A DNA stretch of 64,000 nucleotides, taken from contig CAVXWP010000007.1 in assembly GCA_963765495.1 (NCBI GenBank), positions 512,001 to 576,000 on the forward strand. The letters are read 5' to 3'. Positions 17,719 through 27,627 of this stretch are shown here, piece after piece; position 1 is the first letter of the stretch, and each line of letters opens with the position of its first letter. A program made the translations under genes and the position numbers. The notes under the pieces were generated by a model. It was not told the origin of the DNA. It made no database searches and saw nothing but the letters and a program-made list of their open reading frames with translations. This stretch comes from Blastocatellia bacterium (GTDB taxonomy: Bacteria > Acidobacteriota > Blastocatellia > UBA7656).

Positions 17719-19029
17719 TCAAAGTATCAGGCCGTCAATTTCGTGCATCACGGCGCGAGCGGCCCGGTCAGGGCCCGGCTCGCCTTCGCGCTCAAGCAAC
17801 CGGCGCACGCGCTTCAGATCCTGACGCATTTGAGAAAGACGCGTGGGATTTGAAAGAATCATTTTGACCTCGCGCGCTATCCGCTCGCCCGTCACATCCT
17901 TCTGCATCAATTCGGGCACTATCTTTTGGCCCGCTATCAGATTCACCATGCCGAATGTATCCAGATGAATGAGAGGGCGAAGCAGCCTCCAACTGAGTTC
18001 CGACCCTCGATAGATGATAACCATAGGCGTGAGCGCGAGCGCCGTTTCAACCGTTGCCGTCCCGCTTGCAACGACCGCCATATCCGCGTGATGGAGCGTG
18101 TTATAGAGATCGCCTTCTATTATCCTCACATCCAAAGCGTCGCCCTGGCATCTCTCTTTTATCACCGTTTCGATCTGATCGCGGTCTATCGTAGACGCGA
18201 GCGGGATCAGGAATTGGAAATCCGAGATTTGAGATTTGAGATTTGAGGTTTGAGATTTGAAAGTTGAAATTTCAGACGACGGGTCATCCAAGAGCAGGCG
18301 CGCGGCATCGAGCATGGCAGGCAAATGGTAATGGACCTCTTTTTTTCTGCTGCCGGGAAGCAGCGCAAAGATCGGGCGCGTGGGGTCGAGCCTGTGCGCG
18401 CTGGTAAACTCATCTCTACCGACGCTCGAACGAACGGCGCTTACAAGAGGGTGGCCCACATATTCGACCTCGATTCCCACCCGTTCATAAAATTCTTTCT
18501 CAAACGGCAATATGACAAGCATGCGATTCACGTCGCGGCGGATCGCCCGCACGCGATACTGCTTCCAGGCCCACACCTGCGGGCTGATGTAATAGATTAT
18601 CCTGGTCCCTTTCGGGCGCAATCGTTTTGCCAGACGCAGATTGAAATCGGGCCAGTCTATCAGTATCACCGCAACGGGTCTTCGTTTGCGCGCGGCGGCA
18701 AGTAATCGGCGGTAAGCGCGATACAGCCTGCCGAGCGCCCCGGCCACTTCGAGCACTCCGATGATGCCCACATCGCGAGCATCAACAAGAGTCTCTACTC
18801 CGGCCCGGCGCATCTCCTCACCACCCGCCCCGAATATCTCGAAATCCGTCTCCGGGTATAGCCGCGTCAGTGCCTGCGCAAGCGCCGCCCCGTGCTTGTC
18901 GCCCGAGGCTTCGCCTGCAACCATCATTATGCGGAGCGGAGAGCGATTCGTGATTCGTGATTTGTGATTAGTTAGTGATTCGTGATTCGTGATTCGTGAT
19001 TCATGGTTTGTTTGTTTGTCTTCCGCCAT
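17719..19029 (-). CDS. lpxB: Lipid-A-disaccharide synthase
   Basis: VAGEASGD, IDWPDFN, YYISPQVWAW, VGHPL, LLPGSR, ASGTATVE; start uncertain. Confidence 0.95.
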   Translation of the reverse strand: MAEDKQTNHESRITNHESLTNHKSRITNRSPLRIMMVAGEASGDKHGAALAQALTRLYPETDFEIFGAGGEEMRRAGVETLVDARDVGIIGVLEVAGALGRLYRAYRRLLAAARKRRPVAVILIDWPDFNLRLAKRLRPKGTRIIYYISPQVWAWKQYRVRAIRRDVNRMLVILPFEKEFYERVGIEVEYVGHPLVSAVRSSVGRDEFTSAHRLDPTRPIFALLPGSRKKEVHYHLPAMLDAARLLLDDPSSEISTFKSQTSNLKSQISDFQFLIPLASTIDRDQIETVIKERCQGDALDVRIIEGDLYNTLHHADMAVVASGTATVETALALTPMVIIYRGSELSWRLLRPLIHLDTFGMVNLIAGQKIVPELMQKDVTGERIAREVKMILSNPTRLSQMRQDLKRVRRLLEREGEPGPDRAARAVMHEIDGLIL

Positions 19030-19090
19030 CTGCAATGTCCCCAGATCAATCACACCTTAACCCACAGTCACGAATCACAAATCACTAACT
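18945..19090. repeat. Inverted heptamer arrays (GATTCGT)n / (CACGAAT) overlapping the lpxB 5' end
   Basis: GATTCGT units at 18945-19004; CACGAATCACAAATCAC at about 19068-19090. Confidence 0.85.
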
Positions 19091-20141
19091 AATCATTCAG
19101 GTCCGACAATGATTCATTCAACCACTCATCGGTCAGGAGGTCTTCAAGCAGGGCCGTCCTTGCCTGATATCTTTCAATCAGGGTGTGCTCACGCAAACGC
19201 GGCATGACGGGCGGTATGGAATCTTCTATGGAGGGCTGGGTTTCAGGCCCCTGTTCGAGGAAATAATCCACCGTCTCTCCGAGCGCCCTCAGATATGATG
19301 TAGGCGAAAACCCGAGGTCGCGTCTTGCCGCCTGTATGTTGCAGGCGATGATTCGCCCGCCGGAAAAATAAGGGAAATGCAGGAGGTTGAAGCCAAGGCG
19401 TTCGAGCAGCCTTGAGGGGATGTGAACCATTTTCGCTTCCGCACCCGCTATCTGAGCGATGTTGTCTATGTGTTTATTGACGCTTATAAGATCGGGTTGC
19501 GACAGATTATAAGCCCGCCCGTCTACCTGGTCGGCTTCTAGCGCGTTGGCGAGCACTTCGGCCAGATCTTTCACATATATCGAATAAATAGGCGTTGCCC
19601 CGTAATTGGGCACGATCACCGGGTCGTCCGCTACTATCCGCTTCAGGTAATAATTCTCTCGCGACTTGCGATCTCGCGGGCCGAAAACGGCCGTAGGGCG
19701 AACGCTCACATAAGGAAACCCCGTCTTGGTATACGCCCATCTGAGGGCGCGCTCGCATTCGGCTTTGTCGTATGCGTAGCCCGCTCGCGGGTCTGTAATC
19801 AGAGGGTCGGATTCAGCCACAGGCATGGTTGTCTCGCGGCATACGGCCAGAGTGCTCAGGTGGACGAACCGCTTCAGCCTGCCTTCGAAAATCTTGATTG
19901 CGGCCTGAGTCTCTTCGCGGGTATAAGCGTTGATGTCTATTACGGCGTCAGGCCTGAGCGCGGGAAGGCGGGACATATCCTCGGGATTATGCCGGTCGCC
20001 TTTGATGAGCGTGATCTCTTGAATGAGACTGGAATGGGTTGTGCCGCGTGCAAAAACCGACACCTCATGGCCTCGCCGCAGCAGTTCTTTCACTGTGTGG
20101 TCGCCGATGTAGCCGGTCCCACCGATGACGAGAACTTTCAT
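19089..20141 (-). CDS. NAD-dependent epimerase/dehydratase (SDR) family protein
   Basis: GGTGYIG Rossmann motif, YAYDK (YxxxK), VRPTAVFGP. Confidence 0.88.
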   Translation of the reverse strand: MKVLVIGGTGYIGDHTVKELLRRGHEVSVFARGTTHSSLIQEITLIKGDRHNPEDMSRLPALRPDAVIDINAYTREETQAAIKIFEGRLKRFVHLSTLAVCRETTMPVAESDPLITDPRAGYAYDKAECERALRWAYTKTGFPYVSVRPTAVFGPRDRKSRENYYLKRIVADDPVIVPNYGATPIYSIYVKDLAEVLANALEADQVDGRAYNLSQPDLISVNKHIDNIAQIAGAEAKMVHIPSRLLERLGFNLLHFPYFSGGRIIACNIQAARRDLGFSPTSYLRALGETVDYFLEQGPETQPSIEDSIPPVMPRLREHTLIERYQARTALLEDLLTDEWLNESLSDLND

Positions 20142-20143
20142 AG

Positions 20144-20222
20144 AGGGGTCGGAGGTCAGAGGTCGGAGGTCGTGGCGGGCTTTTTTCAGCCGGCCTCTGA
20201 CCCCTGACCCCTGACCCCTGGC
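20144..20222. repeat. Inverted heptamer arrays (GGAGGTC/AGAGGTC) ... (TGACCCC)n
   Basis: Directly visible in the bamD-epimerase spacer. Confidence 0.8.
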
Positions 20223-20224
20223 TG

Positions 20225-21409
20225 CTAGGGATTTCGCAACAGTTTCGATCCGTTGTTATCGTTCTTCTTCTTGTCCTTCTTGTTTTTGCCCTTGTTCTTT
20301 TCGGGTGCGACCTGATCCTTTTGCGAATCGGGTGCGCCTGCTTTAACTTCTACATCCTGGCTGGCTCCCGTGGCGCGGCGAGGGCGAGCGTTTGGCTCAT
20401 TGCTTGTCGTGGCGGCATCGGGCGTGACGGCGGAATCGCTCTTAGGCGCGCCGCTCAACCCTTGCGCGCGGGCTACGATCTCTTCGGTTTCAAGATCGCG
20501 GTCTATTATCACGCCTTTGTTGGAAGTGTCTATCTTTGGGCCAAAGACAAATCCAAAGACACGCGAGGGCAGCCCCTTGCCTTCGGGAGGTCCGGCGGCG
20601 AGTTTGTCGGGGTTGGGCTCGGGAACCGGCAGCCCCCACTGCTTGAGCATCTCTTCGGCCTTTGGGCGATATTCCGAAAAAGGATAGCTCTGAATTATTC
20701 GCTCAAGATCGTGGCTGGCCGTAACGGTGTCTTCCTGATCGGCCATCGCCCTTGCATGCAGCCAGAGCGCCTCGTCAAAGAGCGAGAAATTCGGGTACTT
20801 GTTCAGAATCTCTTCCGTGCGTCCCTGCGTAGCCGGAGCCGCCTCGCGATGCTCATAATAGAAGCGGGCAACCTTCAGCTCGTGCATTGCCAGAATCTCC
20901 TGAACATCGGTCATCATGCCTTCGACATCTTCCTTCTTGTCGGTTCCCGGATAGCGTCTGAGCAATTCTTTCAGTTGTCGTTCGGCAAGCCGGGCGTGCG
21001 TTATATCGCGGTCAGGCGCAAGAACCTGTTTCAGATGCACTTCGGCCATCTTCATCATCACGTCATCGGCCAGCGCATCATCGGGGAAGAACTGAATCCA
21101 GTCGCGGTATTCGATTTCGGCCTGTGCCAATCCCTTCGACCCGCCTCCCAGATAGAACGAATCGGCGATGGCCAGCTTTGCAATACGCACCATAGGGCTT
21201 TCAGGATAGGTGTTCATCATAGTGTTCAACAGTATCCTGCCTTCGTCAAAGCGCCCTTTGCGAATCGCGTTTATGCCCGAGCGGAAAAGCTCCTGATCGC
21301 GTCCGGGTTTCGCCTCTTCAAGCGTTATCTGCTTTTTGGCTTTACCGCCGCAGGCGGCAAACGGGAGGCCAAGTGCCAGAGCTATTAGAATGATCTTTAC
21401 TGCCTTCAT
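20225..21409 (-). CDS. bamD: Outer membrane protein assembly lipoprotein BamD
   Basis: Lipobox FAAC; TPR helices, YPES, AKLAIADSFY, DRD, LAMHELKVARFY. Confidence 0.85.
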   Translation of the reverse strand: MKAVKIILIALALGLPFAACGGKAKKQITLEEAKPGRDQELFRSGINAIRKGRFDEGRILLNTMMNTYPESPMVRIAKLAIADSFYLGGGSKGLAQAEIEYRDWIQFFPDDALADDVMMKMAEVHLKQVLAPDRDITHARLAERQLKELLRRYPGTDKKEDVEGMMTDVQEILAMHELKVARFYYEHREAAPATQGRTEEILNKYPNFSLFDEALWLHARAMADQEDTVTASHDLERIIQSYPFSEYRPKAEEMLKQWGLPVPEPNPDKLAAGPPEGKGLPSRVFGFVFGPKIDTSNKGVIIDRDLETEEIVARAQGLSGAPKSDSAVTPDAATTSNEPNARPRRATGASQDVEVKAGAPDSQKDQVAPEKNKGKNKKDKKKNDNNGSKLLRNP

Positions 21410-21516
21410 AAAATCCTTAACCGGCTGCCGACACCATACGCCTTGCGGAGAGCGTGGCCGCCTTCTCCATTTCCTATTATTACGGACGGGATTGCCCTGC
21501 CGTAGATGAGCACGGG

Positions 21517-22182
21517 TTAAACTGTAAGCGGTTCCAACGCCTTCTGGCGGAGAGCGCGAGTAGCTTCCTCAGGGTTGTTGTTGAAGACTGCCGATCCGGC
21601 TACGAGCCATTCGCCGCCGTGACGGACTATCTCAGCAACATTCTCAACCACTACTCCGCCATCTACCTCTATGCGAACATCCAGGCCGCGACTATCAATC
21701 ATACCCCGCAGTCGACTTATTTTGTCAAGCGCGGTGCCGATGAACGACTGGCCTCCAAATCCCGGATTTACCGACATGACGAGCACATAATCTACCAGAG
21801 GCAGCACCTCTTCGACCGCGCAGACGGGTGTGCCCGGATTGAGCACTACGCCCGGACGGCAGCCGAGTTCGCGTATCGCCGTGAGCGTGCGGTGTATGTG
21901 GACGACCGCCTCTACGTGAACGGAGATCAGATTGGCTCCGGCCTTTGCGAGCGTGCCTATAAAACGGTCGGGGTCCGAGATCATCAGATGACAATCGAGC
22001 GGCAATTTTGTGACGCGCCGAACGGCCTCGACGACGAGAGGACCCATGGTGATGTTAGGCACAAAATGGCCGTCCATCACATCGATGTGGATGAGTCCTG
22101 CGCCGCCGCGCTCGGCAGCGCTGACCTGTTGGCCAAGCTGGGCGAAATCGGCCGATAAGATGGAAGGAGCTATTTCTACCAT
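21517..22182 (-). CDS. rpe: Ribulose-phosphate 3-epimerase
   Basis: [37 protein letters not shown]. Confidence 0.97.
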   Translation of the reverse strand: MVEIAPSILSADFAQLGQQVSAAERGGAGLIHIDVMDGHFVPNITMGPLVVEAVRRVTKLPLDCHLMISDPDRFIGTLAKAGANLISVHVEAVVHIHRTLTAIRELGCRPGVVLNPGTPVCAVEEVLPLVDYVLVMSVNPGFGGQSFIGTALDKISRLRGMIDSRGLDVRIEVDGGVVVENVAEIVRHGGEWLVAGSAVFNNNPEEATRALRQKALEPLTV

Positions 22183-22197
22183 AACTGCCTCATTGTC

Positions 22198-22668
22198 TCA
22201 GAATGTTAATGTTAGTGAAGCCGCCGGAACATAATGTTTGAGAGGTAATTTTAGAGAGGCGCGCTCGCTCATTCGAGCCAGACCTCCTGAATCGAGCAAG
22301 CCCGGCAGGCTGCTTTTGTTTTGCGCGGGCCCCGTGCTTATTACTATGACGAGACTGGAATCTTTCTTGACGGATGAATTTGGGCCGGGTCTGGTTTCAA
22401 TCACCGTGTTGGCCGGGATCGTGTCATCGTTACGCCGTTGAATCTTGACTTTCAGACCGGCATCTTCGGCCATCTTCTGGGCCGCCGGCTCGGCCTGCCC
22501 TACGACATTCGGCACGCGCGTGTCGCCACTGCGAAACAGAGTATATATGGTGACGATCGCGCTAAGGAAAAAAGCGATGGCAAGGATCAGCACCATGCCA
22601 AGCCGGCGCGTAATGATCCATGCTATGCTGCTCTCTTTAAGCCGATTAACGCCCTGTGGGGAATTCAT
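22198..22668 (-). CDS. Membrane-anchored PASTA domain protein
   Basis: N-terminal TM, then VPNVVG...GLKV...VIETRPGPNSSVK...VISTGP. Confidence 0.85.
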   Translation of the reverse strand: MNSPQGVNRLKESSIAWIITRRLGMVLILAIAFFLSAIVTIYTLFRSGDTRVPNVVGQAEPAAQKMAEDAGLKVKIQRRNDDTIPANTVIETRPGPNSSVKKDSSLVIVISTGPAQNKSSLPGLLDSGGLARMSERASLKLPLKHYVPAASLTLTF

Positions 22669-22768
22669 CGAGCCAAGTCTAGCATTCGTATGATGTGGTT
22701 TTCAACCTTGTGAACCGGCTGTCGAGCGTAGATTCGAGCGGGCGTAAAGGGGAGTCGCAAATCCGCAC

Positions 22769-22945
22769 TCAATGAAAAAAGCCTATCATCCTTGCTTCGT
22801 GCTCAAGAGAAGCCGAAGACATCCACAGAAGCGATAACAACCCATACAGCCCGATGACAAATACGAAAAACATGATCAGATAGTAGAAGAACGCCACGAG
22901 TTTCAGCGAGCGCTCGTGCGTGATTGTCTCCTTTGAGTTTTCCAT
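22769..22945 (-). CDS. Small membrane protein
   Basis: About 58-61 aa ORF with one long hydrophobic helix. Confidence 0.5.
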   Translation of the reverse strand: MENSKETITHERSLKLVAFFYYLIMFFVFVIGLYGLLSLLWMSSASLEHEARMIGFFH

Positions 22946-23068
22946 CAGAATCACCTTTCAATTGCATCTTAATTTACGCCCCTTACTACGACCGGCATGT
23001 TTCAAGCGGATTCGTGAAATTGAGTCCGATCCGTGGGAATTGAGATCCGGGCAGTAGAACCAGGTAGT

Positions 23069-23146
23069 AGAACTAGGCCACGGATGCGGCGGGTTATGAC
23101 TGATCCAATTCGCGTTGGTCTGTTTGACCCGCATCATCCGTGGTCT
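23069..23146. repeat. CGGAT-family palindromic element
   Basis: TAGGCCACGGATGCGGCGGG ... CCCGCATCATCCGTGGTCT. Confidence 0.7.
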
Positions 23147-23252
23147 GAACCAGGCGCTCTTGATTCAAATACATCGCTACTGGTCTCTAATGATTTTGAT
23201 TCAGATTCGCCCGTCTATTAAGGACGTAAAGCGAAGGTGGGATTTTGCATGA

Positions 23253-23450
<198 letters not shown>

Positions 23451-23456
<6 letters not shown>

Positions 23457-23762
23457 TTTGACGCTCTGCCACATGCGATTGAACCATCCGCCTTCTTCTT
23501 CGCGCTCGCGGACCTGTTCCAGTTCGCCTGCATCGAGCCAGACGCCGTTGCATTTGTTGCATCGGTCTATCATCACCTCTTCATAGGCGATCTCTACAAG
23601 CTTGCCGTCGCATCTTGGGCATTGTAGCATCGCCGCCTCGGCAGCTTTGGCCTGCTCTTCTTCGGCACGTTTTGCGCGCACCTTTTCAATGGCCTCCTGT
23701 TCCTTGCGCCGAAAATACTCTTCTTCGAGCGCCTTTTTACGGTCATCCCATGATCCTGACAT
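23451..23762 (-). CDS. Zinc-ribbon (zf-TFIIB-like) protein
   Basis: ALEEEYFRR; CPRC...IDRCNKCNGVWLDAGELE. Confidence 0.88.
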
Positions 23763-23823
23763 TTCACTTTTCTCCTCTTATGAATTTCCAAACAACTGAA
23801 AAAATAACGAGATCAACTCTCTT

Positions 23824-24852
23824 CTAATGCTCTTCGGCAAGTTTGACGATTCGATCAATCGTTTTCTTATCATCGGGCAGCAATCCCGGTTCAACGAGTC
23901 GCGGCGTCAATATCGCCCAGTTCTTATCCATAGCAAAAACGCGTTTGAACAGAGGGAACGATTCATCAACTCGCCCCATGTTCACAAGCGCCACGGCGTG
24001 CCAGTAGACCATTTCCGCGTTGTCGGGGGCAAGGCGGGCAGCCGCGCCGTATTCCTCAAGCGCCCGCTCGTTGTCTTTGTGCTCGACTGCAAGATCGCCT
24101 TCGTTCATGTGATTGTAGGCTCGCTGCAAAACCAGCAACCGGCTCAATTCTTTCAACGGGTCCGGGCTGTCATCGACTCTCAGATCGAATATTCGATCCG
24201 CCCACGCGCGTCCCGTAGGCTTGCCCGTGACTACGATAATCGCCGCCGATTGTTTCCCTCTTATATCACCGCCCGCGGCCTGCGCGGCCTCAAGCGCGGC
24301 CATCATTCGGTCGGCCAGATCGCCTTTCGTCGTCTCGAAAGCCTCAGCCATCGCGGGCCACACCTTTTCGTTCAGCATCAAATTGGCCTGCACAGAATAG
24401 TCTTTGCCTGTCTTGTGGCCTGCGGCCTGTATGCACTTCGCTCCGGTGTGAGCCATCACCCGTCCCTCGGCATCAATCATCGCGACCTGACGAACATCGC
24501 GCCCCTCATCGGCGGCAAGCAACCCCTTTAAGGCGTCGGGCGCGCTGCGGCCCGCGCGCATCAAATCCAATCCCAGCTTGCCGTAGCTCGGATCGACAAA
24601 CGACTGCGTAGCAACCGCACCGACACCGGCTTCGGCCCAGGGCACAGTAGTGCCTACGTCGAACCAGTGCGACTGTACAGCTACGCCGATCTGCCCCGTA
24701 GCCGGATCACGAGCCACGATCGAAAAAGTATGCACCGGACGCAACGGTCGGTGCGCCTGATCTTTGGTCTGTGCTGCCGCATCTTTCGACAGGCTCAAAG
24801 CCGCTATGAGCACCGCGATTATAAGCATCACTTTCTTGAGCATATATTTCAT
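23824..24852 (-). CDS. Exported DUF1028 (Ntn-hydrolase-like) protein with C-terminal TPR
   Basis: Signal peptide, HTFSIVARD, GVGAVATQS, GGDIRGKQSAA, DLRVDD; GAGGTGGAG RBS. Confidence 0.88.
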   Translation of the reverse strand: MKYMLKKVMLIIAVLIAALSLSKDAAAQTKDQAHRPLRPVHTFSIVARDPATGQIGVAVQSHWFDVGTTVPWAEAGVGAVATQSFVDPSYGKLGLDLMRAGRSAPDALKGLLAADEGRDVRQVAMIDAEGRVMAHTGAKCIQAAGHKTGKDYSVQANLMLNEKVWPAMAEAFETTKGDLADRMMAALEAAQAAGGDIRGKQSAAIIVVTGKPTGRAWADRIFDLRVDDSPDPLKELSRLLVLQRAYNHMNEGDLAVEHKDNERALEEYGAAARLAPDNAEMVYWHAVALVNMGRVDESFPLFKRVFAMDKNWAILTPRLVEPGLLPDDKKTIDRIVKLAEEH

Positions 24853-24877
24853 ATTCTCCACCTCTTTGAAATAGTAA

Positions 24878-24985
24878 GCAGTAGGCAGTAGGCAGTTGAT
24901 ACTGAACTGACAACTACAAAGAGAGCACGGCGTATGCATATGAATAGGTGGTATCCAACTCCGTTACTGCCTACTGCCTACTGCT
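24878..24985. repeat. Inverted heptamer arrays (AGGCAGT) ... (ACTGCCT)
   Basis: Same unit as at 23270 and 59570. Confidence 0.85.
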
Positions 24986-26584
24986 CACTATTTCAATCGC
25001 GCCCTGTTCGCGGCGCGCTCTGAGGACTTTTTTATCGAATTTGCCTACGCTGGTCTTTGGGACTTCTTCGATAAAGGCCCATCGTTCGGGAACCCACCAT
25101 TTTGCTACGCGATCAGAGAGAAAGGCGCGCAATTGATCGGCTGAGACTTCGCTGCCCTCCTTCAAGACGACGCAAGCCAGAGGGCGCTCGTCCCACCTGT
25201 CGTCGGGCACGGCTATGACGGCGGCTTCGATTATGTCTGGGTGAGCCATGATCTCGTTTTCAAGCTCTACGGTTGAAATCCACTCGCCGCCCGATTTGAT
25301 GACATCCTTTGCGCGGTCGGTGATCTGGATAAAGCCCTTTGAGTTCATCGTGCCTACATCGCCCGTCCTGAGCCAGCCGTCGTGAAATTTCTCGGGCGTA
25401 TCGTCGCCGTAATAAGCAGCCGTCACCCACGGCCCCCGGACTTCGATCTCGCCTACGGACTGGCCGTCCCACGGCAGGACTTTTTCTCCGTCAACGATTC
25501 GCAACTCGACGCCGAAGCAGACCCGCCCGTTCTTTGCGCGCCATTCCATCCTCTCGTCTTGCGGAACGGTTTTAGGAGGATGCGCGATTGCCGCAAGCGG
25601 GCTTGTTTCCGTCATCCCCCACGCCTGAATTATCCTGACGCCGTAATGCTGCTGAAATTTTTCCATAAGGCTTCGCGGCACGGCAGACCCTCCGCAGGCG
25701 ATCATCCTGAACGACGACAGATCAACGTCTTTGCCCTCGATGTAGCGGAGCATCTCATTCCAGATAGCGGGAACCGCGCCTGAAAACGTAGGCCGTTCCA
25801 AAGCGATCAATCTGCACATAGGCTCGGCCTGAAGGAAGCGGTCGGGCATTACGAAATCAGAGCCGGTCAGCCACCCGGCGTAAGGCAGTCCCCACGCGTT
25901 TGCGTGAAACATAGGCACGATGAGCAGGATGCGGTCGTCCTGACTAAGCCCGAACGCGGCCCCTGTGCATGCGCCCATCGAGTGCAGATAACAGGAGCGG
26001 TGGCTATAGACTACGCCTTTCGGATTGCCCGTAGTCCCGCTCGTATAGCACATCGCCGCAGCCGCGCGTTCGTCAATCTCGGGCCATTCAAAACCGAGTT
26101 GTTCGGCTGCGAGCAACTCCTCGTAGCGGAGCACCTCGCCAAGCGCGCCCGCATCCGAGTCACCGATTACGATGAAGTGCTCGACGGTTTTCAGATCGGG
26201 AGCAACGCGGGCAAGCATCGGGACAAGCGACTCGTCCACGATGATAACGCGGTCTTCGGCGTGATTTATGATGTAGGTCAATTGATCGGGGAAGAGGCGA
26301 ATATTGAGAGTATGAAGGACCGCGCCCATGCTCGGAACCGCGAGGTACGCTTCGAGGTGTTCCTGATTATTCCAGCAGAAAGTGGCTACGCGGTCGCCGG
26401 GACGTATGCCGAGGCGAAAAAGCGCGGCGGCTAGGCGTTCGCTTCTATCGCCGGTTTCAGCGAAGGAGGCGCGGCGCGAGCCTTCGCCCTGAAAAGTGAC
26501 GACCTGACTGTCTGCATAGACGTGTCTTCCGTGATTAAAGATCGAGTTGATCGTAAGCGGCCTGTCCTGCATAGTGCTCTGCAT
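24971..26584 (-). CDS. Fatty-acid--CoA ligase (AlkK/DmdB-like AMP-binding enzyme)
   Basis: [60 protein letters not shown]. Confidence 0.93.
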   Translation of the reverse strand: MQSTMQDRPLTINSIFNHGRHVYADSQVVTFQGEGSRRASFAETGDRSERLAAALFRLGIRPGDRVATFCWNNQEHLEAYLAVPSMGAVLHTLNIRLFPDQLTYIINHAEDRVIIVDESLVPMLARVAPDLKTVEHFIVIGDSDAGALGEVLRYEELLAAEQLGFEWPEIDERAAAAMCYTSGTTGNPKGVVYSHRSCYLHSMGACTGAAFGLSQDDRILLIVPMFHANAWGLPYAGWLTGSDFVMPDRFLQAEPMCRLIALERPTFSGAVPAIWNEMLRYIEGKDVDLSSFRMIACGGSAVPRSLMEKFQQHYGVRIIQAWGMTETSPLAAIAHPPKTVPQDERMEWRAKNGRVCFGVELRIVDGEKVLPWDGQSVGEIEVRGPWVTAAYYGDDTPEKFHDGWLRTGDVGTMNSKGFIQITDRAKDVIKSGGEWISTVELENEIMAHPDIIEAAVIAVPDDRWDERPLACVVLKEGSEVSADQLRAFLSDRVAKWWVPERWAFIEEVPKTSVGKFDKKVLRARREQGAIEIVSSRQ

Positions 26585-26723
26585 CGCGGTATTCCTCCTA
26601 TGTGAATTGACCTGCCGGACCCGTGATTTTGCGTGTAGGGCATTATCTTAAAGGAGCCGCGATAGAGCAAGCTGAAGGCGCGGAATGTGATGCAGCAGCG
26701 CAAAGGTGAGACGATATTTTGAA

Positions 26724-27353
26724 TCACTGCCCGGCGTTTTCCAACTTTTTTTCAAGCAGTATCAAGTTGTCTTGAGCACCTCTGGTATATGGATGATCGT
26801 CGCTCAGGAATTCGCGAAAGATTTTCAATGAGCGTTCGAATAGAACCTTAGCTCCGTCAATATCCTCTTGTTCTTGCAGTACCAAGCCGAGATTGTTGAT
26901 GTCAATAGCAACGTCCGGATGTTCAGAGCCATATACGACCTCATCAATGGCGAGGGCGCGCTCACGCTTTACGCCATTGAGCAGAGCAGGTTTCGCGGCT
27001 GCTTCGTCAAGCTTTAACAGATCAATATAAACGATAGGATGCAGCAATCCTTTGGTTTCGAATTCGCGGACGCGCACAGGTAACAGCTTGCCTTCTTTGC
27101 CCGTAGGGTCTTTGGCAAACGCGGCGGCCCATTCCGATTGTGTGTAAAGCGCCGCAAGATAATCCGGTGAAAGTACGGCTATCGTGCGTTCGGCTCCGGC
27201 TGCTGCGCGGTCCATCTCAAGGACGAAGTTTGAACCGGCAGGGAAGTCCCATTCCTGAAATATGACCGTGTATTTTTCTTCTTCCAGTATCCACGCGATC
27301 CACCTGCCCCACAGTTTATCCGCTTTGTTGTAGCTGATGAAAAAATCCGCCAT
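26724..27353 (-). CDS. TIR-domain protein with two C-terminal TPR motifs (possibly internally deleted)
   Basis: DFFISY...D...WIAWILE, AVLSPDY...SEW, LLPVRV; then ERALAIDEVVYGSEHPDVAIDINNLG TPR. Confidence 0.85.
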   Translation of the reverse strand: MADFFISYNKADKLWGRWIAWILEEEKYTVIFQEWDFPAGSNFVLEMDRAAAGAERTIAVLSPDYLAALYTQSEWAAAFAKDPTGKEGKLLPVRVREFETKGLLHPIVYIDLLKLDEAAAKPALLNGVKRERALAIDEVVYGSEHPDVAIDINNLGLVLQEQEDIDGAKVLFERSLKIFREFLSDDHPYTRGAQDNLILLEKKLENAGQ

Positions 27354-27478
27354 CGCATTCTTCCGCGTTTGAGACGTTCGACTATTAGCGCCTGCTACCG
27401 TAGCACAAACCGCCTAACGCGACAATGCGCTCTTTCGGCGTCAAACGTATTGAATGTTAATGTGAACCTGAGGCAGTT

Positions 27479-27590
27479 GGAAATAGGCGGCGGATGCGGC
27501 GGATGCGGCGGATCTACGCGGATTAAACCATATAAGGTCAGATCCGCGAAAATCCGCCGCATCCGCGTCATCCGTGGCCTATTTCTACTT
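27479..27590. repeat. CGGAT-family palindromic (REP/MITE-like) element
   Basis: GAAATAGGCGCGGATGCGGCGGAT ... ATCCGCCGCATCCGCGTCATCCGTGGCCTATTTC. Confidence 0.8.
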
Positions 27591-27627
27591 TTCCGACTAT
27601 TCTCTTGCGGGATGAGTTAAGACGGCC

